This document shows, in pieces, positions 8,686 to 18,858 of a stretch of 64,000 nucleotides of DNA. Where the stretch lies: assembly GCA_965198115.1 (NCBI GenBank), contig OZ240241.1:6848001-6912000 (forward strand), given 5' to 3'. Position 1 is the stretch's first letter. Each line of letters starts with the position of its first letter. Below the pieces are notes generated by a model. The model was not told the origin of the DNA, made no database searches, and saw nothing but the letters and a program-made list of their open reading frames with translations. The DNA comes from Candidatus Latescibacterota bacterium (GTDB taxonomy: Bacteria > Latescibacterota > UBA2968). The position numbers and the translations under genes are program-made.

Positions 8686-10497
8686 TCATTCCCCTTCGCT
8701 CTCTGCGTTAAGAGCCGTTGGCAGGAGCGCTTCCAATTGGGCCATGGGGTCTTCAAGTGAATTGATGGCGTCGATCCAGAAGTCGGGTTCTTCAATGTCG
8801 ACGTCGATGCTTCGCTTGGCCACGCCTTCGGCAGAATCCGATCCTGTGAGACGCAGGAAATCTTCGTAGCGGGGAAGGAAGTCTGGGCCTTCCTGTTTGA
8901 ATCGGGCGAAGAGGCCACGGCTGAGGAGGAAGCCGAAGGTGTAAGGGAAGTTGTAAAAGGACACGCCCGTGATGTAGAAGTGCAATTTCGAAGCCCAGAA
9001 GTAGGGGTCCTCCGCTCCTTCGACGAGGACATCCCCGAAAACACGACGCTGTGTCTGGACCATCAGATCCTTGAGTTGCGTGACCGAAAGCTCGCCTTCC
9101 TCACGCTGCTCGTAGAGCGCACGTTCGAACTCGAAGCGGACCGGTATGTCGAGGAGGAAGATGGCACCGTGGCCGACGTCGGCGTCCAGCATGAGCGCTT
9201 TCTGGGGGTCGGTGGTGCCCGGGTCGTTCAAAACGCCTTCCGTGAGGATCATCTCACCGAAGGTGGATGCAGACTCGGCGAGGGTCATCGGATAGCTCCG
9301 CGCGAATGGGCGCAGATCGCGCATCACGTGGTTATGAAACGCGTGGCCCGCTTCGTGAGCGAGCGTTCGCACGTCCCCCATGGCCCTGTTGTATGTCATG
9401 AAAATGCGGGATTCACGCGTTAGGAGAGATCCCGTGCAAAATCCCCCTGGACGTTTGCCTTCGCGGGGGCTCCAATCGATCCAGCGACGGTCGAACATGC
9501 TTTGTGTGAATTCGCCGAGAGCGGGATACGCCTTGTCGAAAGCATTGTGGACGAGGGTGGTGGCGTGATCCCAATCGAGCGACTCGGGTTCTGCCAGGGG
9601 GAGCGGGGCGCCCAGATCATACCAGGCGATCCCCGGTTCGCCCATGGTTTTTGCTTTGAGCGCCAGGATGCGTCTCGGCAGTTCCCTTTGCGTCACGATG
9701 GCATCGAACATGGCATCGAGCGTTTTCTTTGAGACGGCTGCGTCGAAGAGGGCAACTTCCAGAAAGTGTGGGATCTCGCGGTGACGATAGAGGGTGAGCC
9801 GAGTACCCGAAATGGCGTTCAGGGCGGCTGCCGCAACGTCTTCGACACGTGCCCACGCTTCGTTCCCGCACTCGAACGCCGCACGCCTCACGTCTCGATC
9901 TGCTTGTTCCATGAGCGAGCGTCGTTGTGACATGGGGAGTCGTTCCGTTCGGCCGTCGGGGTAGGCCATGTCGAATTCCAGTTTTCCGGACACGGTGTCG
10001 TAGAGACGTCCCCAGGCTGAGATCCCATCGACTCCCAGGTCGGCAGCCAGTGCTTCCCGATCGGTAGACATCATGTATCGTGCTTCCTGTCGATCGCGTC
10101 GCAAGCTGTGCGCTGCGGAGATCAGCTTCTCCCGGTCGCAGAAGATTTCGAAGACACGATCCTCAGAATCCTTCAGACCTCGCAGGATTTCCACGTTGAG
10201 CTTGGCCATCGTAGCACCAAGTTGAGCGAACGCACCCTCGGCGCGTTGATAGTCCTCGTTTCGTGCGTCTGCGGACGTCAGGCATCCTAAGTACGAACCG
10301 AGATGGGAATAGCGCGTCACGAGCTCTTCCGTGTCGAGATACAGCCTTTCCCAGGCATCCTGGTTGGTCTCGTCTAGCACCTTGAGAGCCGAGGCGCGCT
10401 CGAGCAGGATCTGAATATCCCCCTGCAGGGCGTCGCGGAAGGTGTTCATTTCGTTTCCGCCGAATTCTGGAAAATATGACGCGAGGTCCCAGTCCAT
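8686..10497 (-). CDS. pepF: M3B family oligoendopeptidase F
   Basis: MDWDL start, GKRPGGFC, TLAHEAGHAFH, LAESASTFGE, FYNFPYTFG. Confidence 0.9.
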   Translation of the reverse strand: MDWDLASYFPEFGGNEMNTFRDALQGDIQILLERASALKVLDETNQDAWERLYLDTEELVTRYSHLGSYLGCLTSADARNEDYQRAEGAFAQLGATMAKLNVEILRGLKDSEDRVFEIFCDREKLISAAHSLRRDRQEARYMMSTDREALAADLGVDGISAWGRLYDTVSGKLEFDMAYPDGRTERLPMSQRRSLMEQADRDVRRAAFECGNEAWARVEDVAAAALNAISGTRLTLYRHREIPHFLEVALFDAAVSKKTLDAMFDAIVTQRELPRRILALKAKTMGEPGIAWYDLGAPLPLAEPESLDWDHATTLVHNAFDKAYPALGEFTQSMFDRRWIDWSPREGKRPGGFCTGSLLTRESRIFMTYNRAMGDVRTLAHEAGHAFHNHVMRDLRPFARSYPMTLAESASTFGEMILTEGVLNDPGTTDPQKALMLDADVGHGAIFLLDIPVRFEFERALYEQREEGELSVTQLKDLMVQTQRRVFGDVLVEGAEDPYFWASKLHFYITGVSFYNFPYTFGFLLSRGLFARFKQEGPDFLPRYEDFLRLTGSDSAEGVAKRSIDVDIEEPDFWIDAINSLEDPMAQLEALLPTALNAESEGE

Positions 10498-10533
10498 TAT
10501 GAGAAGCAGAACGGGTGATTGGGCGAAAAAGCA

Positions 10534-10561
10534 AGTGGGCGGTGGACAGTGGACGGTGGAC
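10534..10561. repeat. Heptamer array 4x (A/G)GTGG(A/G)C
   Basis: agtgggc ggtggac agtggac ggtggac. Confidence 0.85.
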
Positions 10562-10653
10562 GGACAAGACGGCTTCGCCCCGATGGACACTGCCACTGCA
10601 CGGGGAAGCAGTGAGGGCGTGGCGAACGAAGGTGCGAAAGGCTACCCATGCGG

Positions 10654-11427
10654 CTACACGCCCAGTTTTCGGACGAAGGCGAGGTTGCGGGCGTTGTCGG
10701 CGGCGGGATCATCTTCGCTCACAGGGGTTTCGAGCACGATGTAGCCGTCGTAGCCAATCTCGCGCATGGCTTCGTCGACGGCCTGGAAGTCGACTCTTCC
10801 ATCCCCGAGTGCCTGCCGGTCGGTATCCTTGGCGTGGATCATGCCGACTCTGGATGGACCGAGTTTACGCAACTCCATCGCGGGGTCCTGGTCTCGCATC
10901 ATTGTATTGCCCGTGTCGTGATAGACCTTGAGATGGTCGGATGCGACACTGTCGACGACGCGAACATACTGATCGGCGTCGAAGGTGGCTTCGAGATTCA
11001 GGGTTACATCGTGCTTCCCGGCGACTTCGCTCAGTGCCTTGAGACCGTCGAACAGCTGTGTCCAAGTGTCTTCCGGCCAGTCGTACATGTCCTTCGGGAA
11101 CATGGGAACCAGGATCTGATTCGTGTCGAGAGGTTGGCAGCATTCGATCGTGTGCGTGAGAATCGCCACTCCCTCTTCGCGCAATTCGGCTTCTGGCAAT
11201 GCCGGATGGAAGCGTGAGAAGACGCCCGGAGAGAGAGACGAAATCTCCGTGCCAGCAGCGGCGGCCATGCCCTTCAGACGGTCGATACCGCCGTCTTGCC
11301 ACAGGATATTGTCGGCGTATTCCGCTCCGATACAGAATTCAACACCGTCGAAGCCGATTTCGGCCGCGGCCATAAACGTGTCTTCGAGACCAACCTTCAG
11401 CATGCCGTCTCGGATTCCGTATTTCAT
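10654..11427 (-). CDS. Sugar phosphate isomerase/epimerase (xylose-isomerase-like TIM barrel)
   Basis: GFDGVEF, LNLEA, YHDTGN, IHAKD, LGDGRVDF, GYDGYIVLE. Confidence 0.9.
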   Translation of the reverse strand: MKYGIRDGMLKVGLEDTFMAAAEIGFDGVEFCIGAEYADNILWQDGGIDRLKGMAAAAGTEISSLSPGVFSRFHPALPEAELREEGVAILTHTIECCQPLDTNQILVPMFPKDMYDWPEDTWTQLFDGLKALSEVAGKHDVTLNLEATFDADQYVRVVDSVASDHLKVYHDTGNTMMRDQDPAMELRKLGPSRVGMIHAKDTDRQALGDGRVDFQAVDEAMREIGYDGYIVLETPVSEDDPAADNARNLAFVRKLGV

Positions 11428-11502
11428 GGTGTACTCCAAGGAGAAGCGCCACTGAGGGCACTGAGAAACTTGAGAAAACCTATTACCGGGACCACGGAGA
11501 GC

Positions 11503-12309
11503 CTACGTGCGCCCTTCCAGTGCTTTCTTCAACCGGGCGGATCGTTCCTCGATGGCCTTTACGTACTCTGGCGTTCCGCAGAAGTCGTGGAGAGTGGCCC
11601 GTTTGCGGTAGGGTACGTAGTTGCCGAGGTGCCACGCACTCGATCGATAGAGCGCAAAATCGCCCGGATTCAATCGGAGTTGTACGCCTCCAGGCATGCA
11701 TTTTACGTAGTCCAGACAGTCGCGTTCCAGCTGCTCATCTGGATCGGTCGGAGACTCTCTGAACCGTTCCCGGTCATAAGCGTCCCGGGCGGCTTCCTCT
11801 CCAGGTGTGTTGTCCTGACGGTAGTGGCTGCCAGGGACGAACCAGGTGGAAGGATCCTCGTAGAGCGCACAGTTGACCTGGTTCATGTAGCGAATGTCGA
11901 AGACTTGGCGATCCCAGTCCTCGCGGAATTCTCTTTCGAAGATGTCCTTGGGGACGTGGTCGCGGTGGTCCCGATGCCAGTTAGTACACCACGGATGGTC
12001 AGCGGGTTCGAGGAGGATGCCGAGCCGGTTGGTGTCGGCGTGTGTATGACGCGGGGTTAAAACTCGCTGGATCGCGTCGTTCAGTTCCGGCAGTTCGCCG
12101 TAGTCCTGAAACGGTCGGAGGTCGAGGTCGAAAGCCCCAACGGGCTGCAGCCGCTGGGTCTGCGAACCCTTTTCGTCGCGGGCGATCTCTCGCGCTCGAT
12201 CGGAGACCCTTCGAAGGTCCGCAATCAGGGACGTCGGGAGGATTTCCCGAAAGATCGTACACCCCGTTGTGTGGTAATCGGTGATGTGCTTTTCAGAAAA
12301 GGTGAACAC
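11503..12309 (-). CDS. PhyH-family dioxygenase
   Basis: GTG start at 12309; WHRD, FVPGSH, PGDFALY..WHLGNY, KRATLH. Confidence 0.8.
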   Translation of the reverse strand: MFTFSEKHITDYHTTGCTIFREILPTSLIADLRRVSDRAREIARDEKGSQTQRLQPVGAFDLDLRPFQDYGELPELNDAIQRVLTPRHTHADTNRLGILLEPADHPWCTNWHRDHRDHVPKDIFEREFREDWDRQVFDIRYMNQVNCALYEDPSTWFVPGSHYRQDNTPGEEAARDAYDRERFRESPTDPDEQLERDCLDYVKCMPGGVQLRLNPGDFALYRSSAWHLGNYVPYRKRATLHDFCGTPEYVKAIEERSARLKKALEGRT

Positions 12310-12500
12310 AGTAGCCCCAGTTAGAAGCGAGAAGGGAGTGGGCAGAAGGCTATGGGATTCGAGTGAAGCTGATGGTTTGAGATTCACCCCCGCGTAAAGG
12401 AGGGTGATGAGGGGTTGACCTTACCCCCAAAGATAGGCTCGGAATCGTAGTCGCGCAGCTGTGCGGTGCTCGAGTCAAGTGCGGGGTGGGAAACGGACAC

Positions 12501-14087
12501 TCACACCGTGCCCAGGTCTTTCAGACTGCCATTGCCGCGTTGCGGCCATTGGCGGCGATGACGCTGCCGCCGGGATGGGTTCCTGCTCCACAAAGGTAGA
12601 AGCCAGGCATGGGGCGTACGAGCAGAGAGACGACGATCCCACATCTGATCCGGGAGGCACTCGCCGTGAAAGATGTGGCCTCCAGTGATACGGATTTTCC
12701 TTTCGATATCAGGAGGGCCGAGGACTTCGAATTGTTCCACGGCATCGGGGATGTTGTCACAGAAGCGACCGATGGAGGCCAGCGCGAGGGAGGCGACTTC
12801 GTTCCGACGGTTATCCCAATCACCCTCGTGAAACGCGTACGGAACATATTGTGCGAACACGCTCATGACGTGACGACCGTCCGGGACGATGGAACGGTCG
12901 AGAGCGGACTGGAAATAGAGTTCCGTCCACAGGCGGTCGGGGAGCCTGCCTGCGTTTGCGATCGCGCAGTTTTCTCGCCACTCTCCTTTGGTCAGAGGCG
13001 TGTTGATCTGACCGCGGTGATGAAGGCAATCCTTGCCTGGACGAGCGGTGAAGCTGGGGAGCTCGTGAAGTGCGACGTTGAGCTTGACGGTGCAGCCTCG
13101 CATTGGAATGGCATCGATGGAGGATTTCCACGAGGGATCGCGGTGTGAGCCAAGAAGGGCCGATGTGGTGATCGGATCAGCGTTGGATATGACGACGGGT
13201 GAGGCAATCTTTTCACCGCTTTCGAGACATACGCCCTCGCCCGGCTCGATGGACCCGACGGGCAACCCAGCGGCAACGACAGCGCCCTCCTCTCGTGCGA
13301 TGTCGCACAAGATGAAACTGACGGTGCCCATGCCGCCCCTGACATAGCCCCATTCGCCCGCTCGGCCGAACATTCGCCCGCTCGAGTGATGAAAGCGGAT
13401 TGATGCGGTTCCCCTGTCGAAAGGGTTGGCGTTGGTGCCGATGACCCCTTGCCCTAGGAGCGCGACGTGCAGTCGCTCGTCTTCGAGGAACCGTTCGACG
13501 AAGTCGGCCATGGACCACTCGAAGAGGAAAGCAAGCGCATCGCCGTCACCTTTCAACCGATCGAAGATCTCGTCACGGGTGGGGGAGAGGGACAGCCAGA
13601 GGTCGCGTTCGTCGGCTGGCCGTAGCGCGTCGCGAATGCGGGTCACAAAGCGGCCCATTTCCTGCCATCCCTTCACATCGGGTGGCGATAGTTTCTTGAC
13701 TTCGTCGAGGCACCGCTCCTCGTTGCTCCAGAACCGGACGGAGGAGCCGTCCTCGAACGGCACGAACATGCCGGCTTCCGCGGGAATCCACTCGAATCCG
13801 TGGCCTTGAAGATCGAGTTCGTCGATGACGAGAGGGTGGAGCAGACCGCATAGGTAGGCGCAGGGCGAAATCTTGTAGCCGGGCCAGGTCTCTTCGAGCG
13901 TACAGGCGCCACCAACACGGTCGTTCGATTCGAGGACAAGGACTCGTTTACCGGTGCGGGCGAGATAGGCGGCGCACGTGAGTCCGTTGTGCCCCGCGCC
14001 GACGACGATGACGTCCCAGGACTTCCGTGTGAGCTCACGGATGGGTGGGTGGCCGATGAGGCCGAGAGTGGAGACGGCGGAGATCAT
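12501..14087 (-). CDS. Phytoene-dehydrogenase-like FAD-dependent oxidoreductase (frameshifted near the 3' end)
   Basis: VVGAGHNGL, GGIFHG-type motif GGHIFHGE; the conserved tail GFYLCGAGTHPGGSV..ANGRNAA lies in another frame after about 12612. Confidence 0.85.
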   Translation of the reverse strand: MISAVSTLGLIGHPPIRELTRKSWDVIVVGAGHNGLTCAAYLARTGKRVLVLESNDRVGGACTLEETWPGYKISPCAYLCGLLHPLVIDELDLQGHGFEWIPAEAGMFVPFEDGSSVRFWSNEERCLDEVKKLSPPDVKGWQEMGRFVTRIRDALRPADERDLWLSLSPTRDEIFDRLKGDGDALAFLFEWSMADFVERFLEDERLHVALLGQGVIGTNANPFDRGTASIRFHHSSGRMFGRAGEWGYVRGGMGTVSFILCDIAREEGAVVAAGLPVGSIEPGEGVCLESGEKIASPVVISNADPITTSALLGSHRDPSWKSSIDAIPMRGCTVKLNVALHELPSFTARPGKDCLHHRGQINTPLTKGEWRENCAIANAGRLPDRLWTELYFQSALDRSIVPDGRHVMSVFAQYVPYAFHEGDWDNRRNEVASLALASIGRFCDNIPDAVEQFEVLGPPDIERKIRITGGHIFHGECLPDQMWDRRLSARTPHAWLLPLWSRNPSRRQRHRRQWPQRGNGSLKDLGTV

Positions 14088-14125
14088 TAGGAAATTAGGG
14101 AATTACGAAAATAGGGAATTGCGGT
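14086..14125. repeat. Tandem octamer array 5x ATTAGG(G/A)A-like
   Basis: attaggaa attaggga attacgaa aataggga attgcggt; overlaps the ATG at 14087. Confidence 0.8.
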
Positions 14126-14230
14126 CACTGGCTCCTGGCATTGGAAGTCAATAGGCTCTTTCGGAAATAATCGGGCTATGATACCGCATAGACCTGTTTC
14201 ACGCTACGAGACCCGTGAAGGAGTGCCGTC

Positions 14231-15061
14231 GTGAATACCACGAATAAACGCAGAGAGCCCGTTCGGCGACTGGTGACGTTTGGAGAAAGCCACACGGTTG
14301 GGATCTCGGCGACCCGACCTGGAGACGGATGGGCGGTGGTTCTGAAAAGGCTGATCGATCGATTTCAGGATGAAACGGTGGAACTGATCAATCAGGGGAT
14401 CGGGGTGGATGTATTGTCGAAGGCGTGTCCCATCTACCAGGAATACGAGGGGAGACGTCCGATCGGAATCGAGCGCTACCACCGCCACGTGATCGAGGAA
14501 CGCCCTGACCTGGTCGTGGTGAGCTTCGGCTACAATGACATGAGAGGGGGGACACCGATCGATGCTTTCGAAAGAGACCTCCGGACGGTCATCGGAGATG
14601 TCCAACGCGAAACGGATGCGCTCGTGGTGCTGATGGATACGTACGCCATTCCCGGCGTGGGCCACACGGGTCGAACGGGAGGCACGGTGGCCGGATCGGC
14701 GTGGAATCGAGGCACGCGCGAAAGCCAGTCGGCCTATAACCGAATGCTCGAAGATGTGGCCGGAACGATGGATCTCGTCTTCGCCAGGGTATTCGAGGCG
14801 CAGGACGCCGCACCGTGGACGTTCTGCAGCCCGGAAGGAACAGAGGACATCCACGCGAACGATCTTGGTCACCTGCTTATCGCCCACCGCGTGTTCGAAG
14901 CGATCGCGACGCAATGCAGTTTCCTGTCGATCAAACCGCTACGAGATCGGGAGCAATCCGGGAAGAGCCCTTGGCGGTATGGTGATGACTCGCGGGAGGC
15001 GAAGTTGGTTGCGGACTTCTACCCGAAGAGCCCGGACGCGCGAAGTTTCCGCCGCAGGTAA
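14231..15061 (+). CDS. SGNH/GDSL hydrolase
   Basis: FGES, NQGIG, FGYND, DIH blocks; AAGGAG RBS. Confidence 0.85.
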   Translation: MNTTNKRREPVRRLVTFGESHTVGISATRPGDGWAVVLKRLIDRFQDETVELINQGIGVDVLSKACPIYQEYEGRRPIGIERYHRHVIEERPDLVVVSFGYNDMRGGTPIDAFERDLRTVIGDVQRETDALVVLMDTYAIPGVGHTGRTGGTVAGSAWNRGTRESQSAYNRMLEDVAGTMDLVFARVFEAQDAAPWTFCSPEGTEDIHANDLGHLLIAHRVFEAIATQCSFLSIKPLRDREQSGKSPWRYGDDSREAKLVADFYPKSPDARSFRRR

Positions 15062-15119
15062 TTGCTTCTGACATTCACCCCCGTTTGTTCGCTAGAGGCG
15101 GGACAAGGGGCCACAGTGC

Positions 15120-17078
15120 TCAATACAGCCCCCACGAGTGCCCTTGACCAGGGAACCAGATGACGTCGACGATGAACGAGACGCTCACACCGACGAAGTA
15201 TCCGAGGGCCAGGCCGAAAAACAACGGCATCGCACGCTGGTAGAACCGGATACCGCCGGTTCGCAAGATGATCAGCTTGGACAGCCAGGCTACGAATATG
15301 GGAAGCGTGTTTCGCCGGTTCGTCGGATGAGCGGTCGCAGCAACGAACCCGATCGGGTGGAGCGGCCATCCCGGGAACACATAACGGAGGATGACGGTCG
15401 ACCCGGCCGAGACAACACCGAGGAGTGACCAGAGCATCTGTTTCCGCTTGAGCTTGAAAGGATCGCGGATGTGTCCCGCCGCCGTGTCGAAAACGCCCTG
15501 GATGTAGTCGCCGTATATGCCCCCGTAGTTGAAGGCGCCGGTCTGGTAGCTGGACGCGACCTGGTAGAATGCGCTAGTCAGGACAACGGTTCCGAAAGCA
15601 GTCAGGACGGCGACCAGCAGTCTTCGACGATCGTGCGTATAGGCCTCGAATAGCCGATTGGCGTTGGCGAGATCGGTCATGAGAATCGTTTTGATGTCCT
15701 TATGCCACGCCTCAGTCAGAGACAATGCCGCGATGCCTGTGGGGGAAAAATTCATGGGTCCAACCAGGTGAAGCATGACGGGTTGGGCTCGCTGCATGCG
15801 AGCACTGATAACCCCACCCTCGATCGTCACCCGCGTGATGCCGAGCCAAATGAGGACAACGACTGCTAAGAAGCCTGTTGCCACCGGAACGGACATTCCG
15901 GATGCCACACACCAAGCGATGATGAACAGGCCGCTGACGCCCAGGCCGATCAGCGCGGACCGGTGGGACAGGATTTCACGGCTGTCGTCGACATCCGTCG
16001 CGTTTTGCACCGCCTTTCGAAACACGTCTCGCAGATGCCCCCTCGCGATCCACAGACTCCACGGTACTATGACACATAACGCGCCGAATCCCTGCCAGTT
16101 CTCGAATTGAGATGTTGCGACGGTATGGGCCGATTTCAATGCCCATTCGATTCAAAACCCCCATTTCCAAAATCAGCAGCCCTGGAAGAAGAGAATGCTC
16201 GAGAGCACGTCGAGTTCGATGAAGTAGGAGACGCCGAGAATCATGGGGTAGATGCGGGTGTGAAAGCCGGGGAAGTCTCTGCCGAAGTCGAGCTGGCCGA
16301 AATCTCTGGGGAGTTCGGGGAACAATGGCACGAAATAGCCGATGATGCCCCAGGCGATTTGGAAGAAGGCCAGACCGAAGCCGATCCAGAAGATCGGCTG
16401 GTTCATGAACCCAACCAAGTGAAAGCCCTTCGGTTGCCGCTTCGCCAGAGCAAGGGATAGCGACATGAGCGGGAAGGTCAGACGCTCGTGCTCGACCCAC
16501 TGCTTTCGAAGGATGGAGACGGCGCAGAGACAAAAGACGCCGATGGCGGCGACCTGACTGAGACGCCAGAACAGAGGCAGCACCCAGACGTCCCACGGGA
16601 TGTCGGCCCCCGCGGGAAGCCCCTCGAAGAACCAACGAACGGCAGTGGGCTCCCTGATGACCGCCCATTCGGGGAGGAGAGGATGTAGATCGATAGCCCA
16701 TCGATTCTCTGTGTTTGCGAAGTAGAAGGGCGCAGCCGTGTTGGCGATGACATAGCCCATGAAGTAGCTGGGTAGCGCAGAAGCGATGAGGGCCATACCC
16801 GTGATCACGAGGATCTCTGCACGGGTCAAGACCCACTTCCGATTCGTTTTTGCGAGGAGCTTGTTGAGGACAACGGCGATGAGAAAGACGGGAACGATCA
16901 CGCCCCAGGGTAGGTGATCCTGGGCCATTTTCGTTGTGTGTGAGATGTGGCGCGTATAGTGGCCGCCCCAGCCCAGGAAGGCGGAACATAGGGTGCCAAG
17001 CACGAGAGCCCTTGCCGTGACGACGTGCTCTGGGACGCTCCCTTGCTCCGGGGTTAGGTCGGGTTGGGAGGCGGTCAT
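15120..17078 (-). CDS. Large polytopic membrane protein (DUF6785/DUF6784-like putative transporter), split by two frameshifts
   Basis: PW..W..PL, LRKQWVEHERLTFPL, WPLHPIGF, GG...Y....PLFFGL; frame changes at about 16180 and 16125. Confidence 0.7.
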
Positions 17079-17151
17079 CGCGGACGGTGGGCGGTAGACG
17101 GTGGGCCTTCGCTACGCCTGCTGCGCAGGCTACTCAGGACAGGCGGTCGGC
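17079..17151. repeat. Heptamer array with doubly nested hairpin insertion
   Basis: cgcggac ggtgggc ggtagac ggtgggc [cttcgctac(gcctgctgcgcaggc)tactcaggacaggc] ggtcggc. Confidence 0.75.
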
Positions 17152-17156
17152 TGAGG

Positions 17157-18296
17157 CTATGCGCCGGTGAGGTCGGAGACGTCGGCGATCCAGATCTGGC
17201 GCGTGTCTCCGTGGACGGAGTCGAAGGTTATGGTTCTTCCATCACGTGACCAGCGGGGATGGAGATCGCAGCGGATGTCTTTCGTGTATTGAGGCTCGGA
17301 GTGGAAGTGGCCGAGAACCGTTTTTTCACCGGTCTCCATTTCGTAGACCATCACCTCGGACATACGTTCCTCACCCACGGGATACGTGTCACAGACGACC
17401 CACTTCCGATCGGGGGAGAAGGCGTTGTGACCGTCTGCGGGGAAAGCACCACCGCCGAAAGGCTCGAAGTCTTTGACACGATCCCCGAATTCAACGAACT
17501 GCATGGATCCGAGTGCGTCGGTCGACACCATAATCCGTTCGGAGTCGCGCCAGGCGAAGTGTGATGTCTTCTTGCCAGCCGGTATCTGCAGCTCGAGATC
17601 GGTGCCATCTGTATTGACCGTCCACATGGAGGTGGTACGGATACCTTCGCCCTCGCCAGCTCGACACAGAAAGAGGACCCGCGTGCCGTTCGTGTTGAAG
17701 TAGACGTGATTGAACCACGCGCGGCCCTCGGGAGGACCTTCGGGGAACGCGTTTGCCACATCGGCAATGGACAGGAGGAGTTTCGAGGATCCATCCCTGA
17801 AGTCCAAGAGATGGAGACCATCGTCTTCTGGGCGATCGACCCATTCTCCCTGCCACTCGTTGCCGTAGCCCACGACGGCGCGGCAGTGCGCCATCCGTGC
17901 GAAATTCAGACCCAGCCCAATCGGTTCTGTCGGGGAGATTGCGGCCACTGCGCCTTCGATCGTACGTGTCTTCCCCGTTTCCGGATTCAAGGCGCGAGAG
18001 ACGAGACGATCACGCACCCAGTGGTTGTAGGTGAATTCCGCGCCGAAACCCCCATCGATCCAGTGCATCATACTTCCCTGTTGCAGGTTGAACGCGGAGG
18101 TTTCGGCCAGCGGCTCGAATTCTCCCGTGTCGCGATCTGCCAGACCGACTTTCGCCACATCTGACCGCACGGGCCTGTGGTCATCGAAGTCGGTTTCGAG
18201 GGCAAGGTGGCGCTGATTGGCGGGGTCCCACGCATCGACACCGTAGTAGCCGAAGAAATGATGCTTGGGACCGCAGGTCATGGGTTCGACTGTCAT
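17157..18296 (-). CDS. Oligogalacturonate-lyase-like / TolB-like beta-propeller protein
   Basis: HHFFGYY, NLQQGSM, WFNH, DGH..FSPD, DTYP, RCDLHPRWS. Confidence 0.7.
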   Translation of the reverse strand: MTVEPMTCGPKHHFFGYYGVDAWDPANQRHLALETDFDDHRPVRSDVAKVGLADRDTGEFEPLAETSAFNLQQGSMMHWIDGGFGAEFTYNHWVRDRLVSRALNPETGKTRTIEGAVAAISPTEPIGLGLNFARMAHCRAVVGYGNEWQGEWVDRPEDDGLHLLDFRDGSSKLLLSIADVANAFPEGPPEGRAWFNHVYFNTNGTRVLFLCRAGEGEGIRTTSMWTVNTDGTDLELQIPAGKKTSHFAWRDSERIMVSTDALGSMQFVEFGDRVKDFEPFGGGAFPADGHNAFSPDRKWVVCDTYPVGEERMSEVMVYEMETGEKTVLGHFHSEPQYTKDIRCDLHPRWSRDGRTITFDSVHGDTRQIWIADVSDLTGA

Positions 18297-18700
18297 TGAT
18301 CCTCGTGTCTTTCAGTTTCTTCAGGTGCTTTAGGCTTGGTCGAGATGTAAAGCGTATCACCGACGGCGCACCCGAGCTCGGTCGCGGCGTGTCCGTAGCT
18401 GATGGCGATCTGCAGTCTGTGGTCCTCTTCGATCAGGGCGACCCAGTCCCCGCGGGGCACATCCTTGTAGTCCCTCCCCAGGAACGGTTCGACGGTTCGG
18501 TCACGAAAACGGGCTGCGAAAGTATCGCCGTGCGTGATGCCGTACTCTGCAAGCGTCGTGTCGCTGACGCTGGTGTTGATGTTCGCGAATTCTTCGCTGA
18601 TGCGCGTGACGGTAATCATCAGCTCGGGTCGCGCGTGATGGTCGGCGAGCGCAGATGCCACGAAAACGTTCAGGATGAGGATGAGTGAAATGGTTTTCAC
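18293..18700 (-). CDS. Secreted stand-alone SAM hydroxide adenosyltransferase (chlorinase/fluorinase, DUF62) C-terminal domain
   Basis: GTG start with AGGAG RBS; signal peptide ending ALA; FANINTSV, YKDVPRGDWVALI, LQIAISYGHAATELGCAVGD. Confidence 0.7.
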   Translation of the reverse strand: MKTISLILILNVFVASALADHHARPELMITVTRISEEFANINTSVSDTTLAEYGITHGDTFAARFRDRTVEPFLGRDYKDVPRGDWVALIEEDHRLQIAISYGHAATELGCAVGDTLYISTKPKAPEETERHEDQ

Positions 18701-18858
18701 GATGGCTCCTTGGGTTGCACGTCTTCTTTCAGAACTGGCAATCGGCAACCAGTCCTCCTTCGATACAACCTAGTTATTGGTTGCAGTGTTTGCTACGCGG
18801 TCGTTGGATTCGCCACGAGGTCACTCAGGATGACCGGTTGCTGGCAAGTGTATTCTTC

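Noticed and set aside
10498-10596. N-terminal extensions in the ORF track (also 12310-12387, 34820-34978, 41814-41894, 51748-51909, 53127-53249)
   Set aside because: They translate intergenic repeats or promoter DNA; family homology begins at the downstream starts.
12501-14087. Carotenoid biosynthesis gene crtI
   Set aside because: No crtB or crtE neighbours; it fits the broader phytoene-dehydrogenase-like oxidoreductase group.
292-18700. A single halogenation gene cluster linking the HxA oxygenase and the chlorinase-like domain
   Set aside because: They are 17 kb apart, separated by unrelated genes, and the second lacks its catalytic domain.
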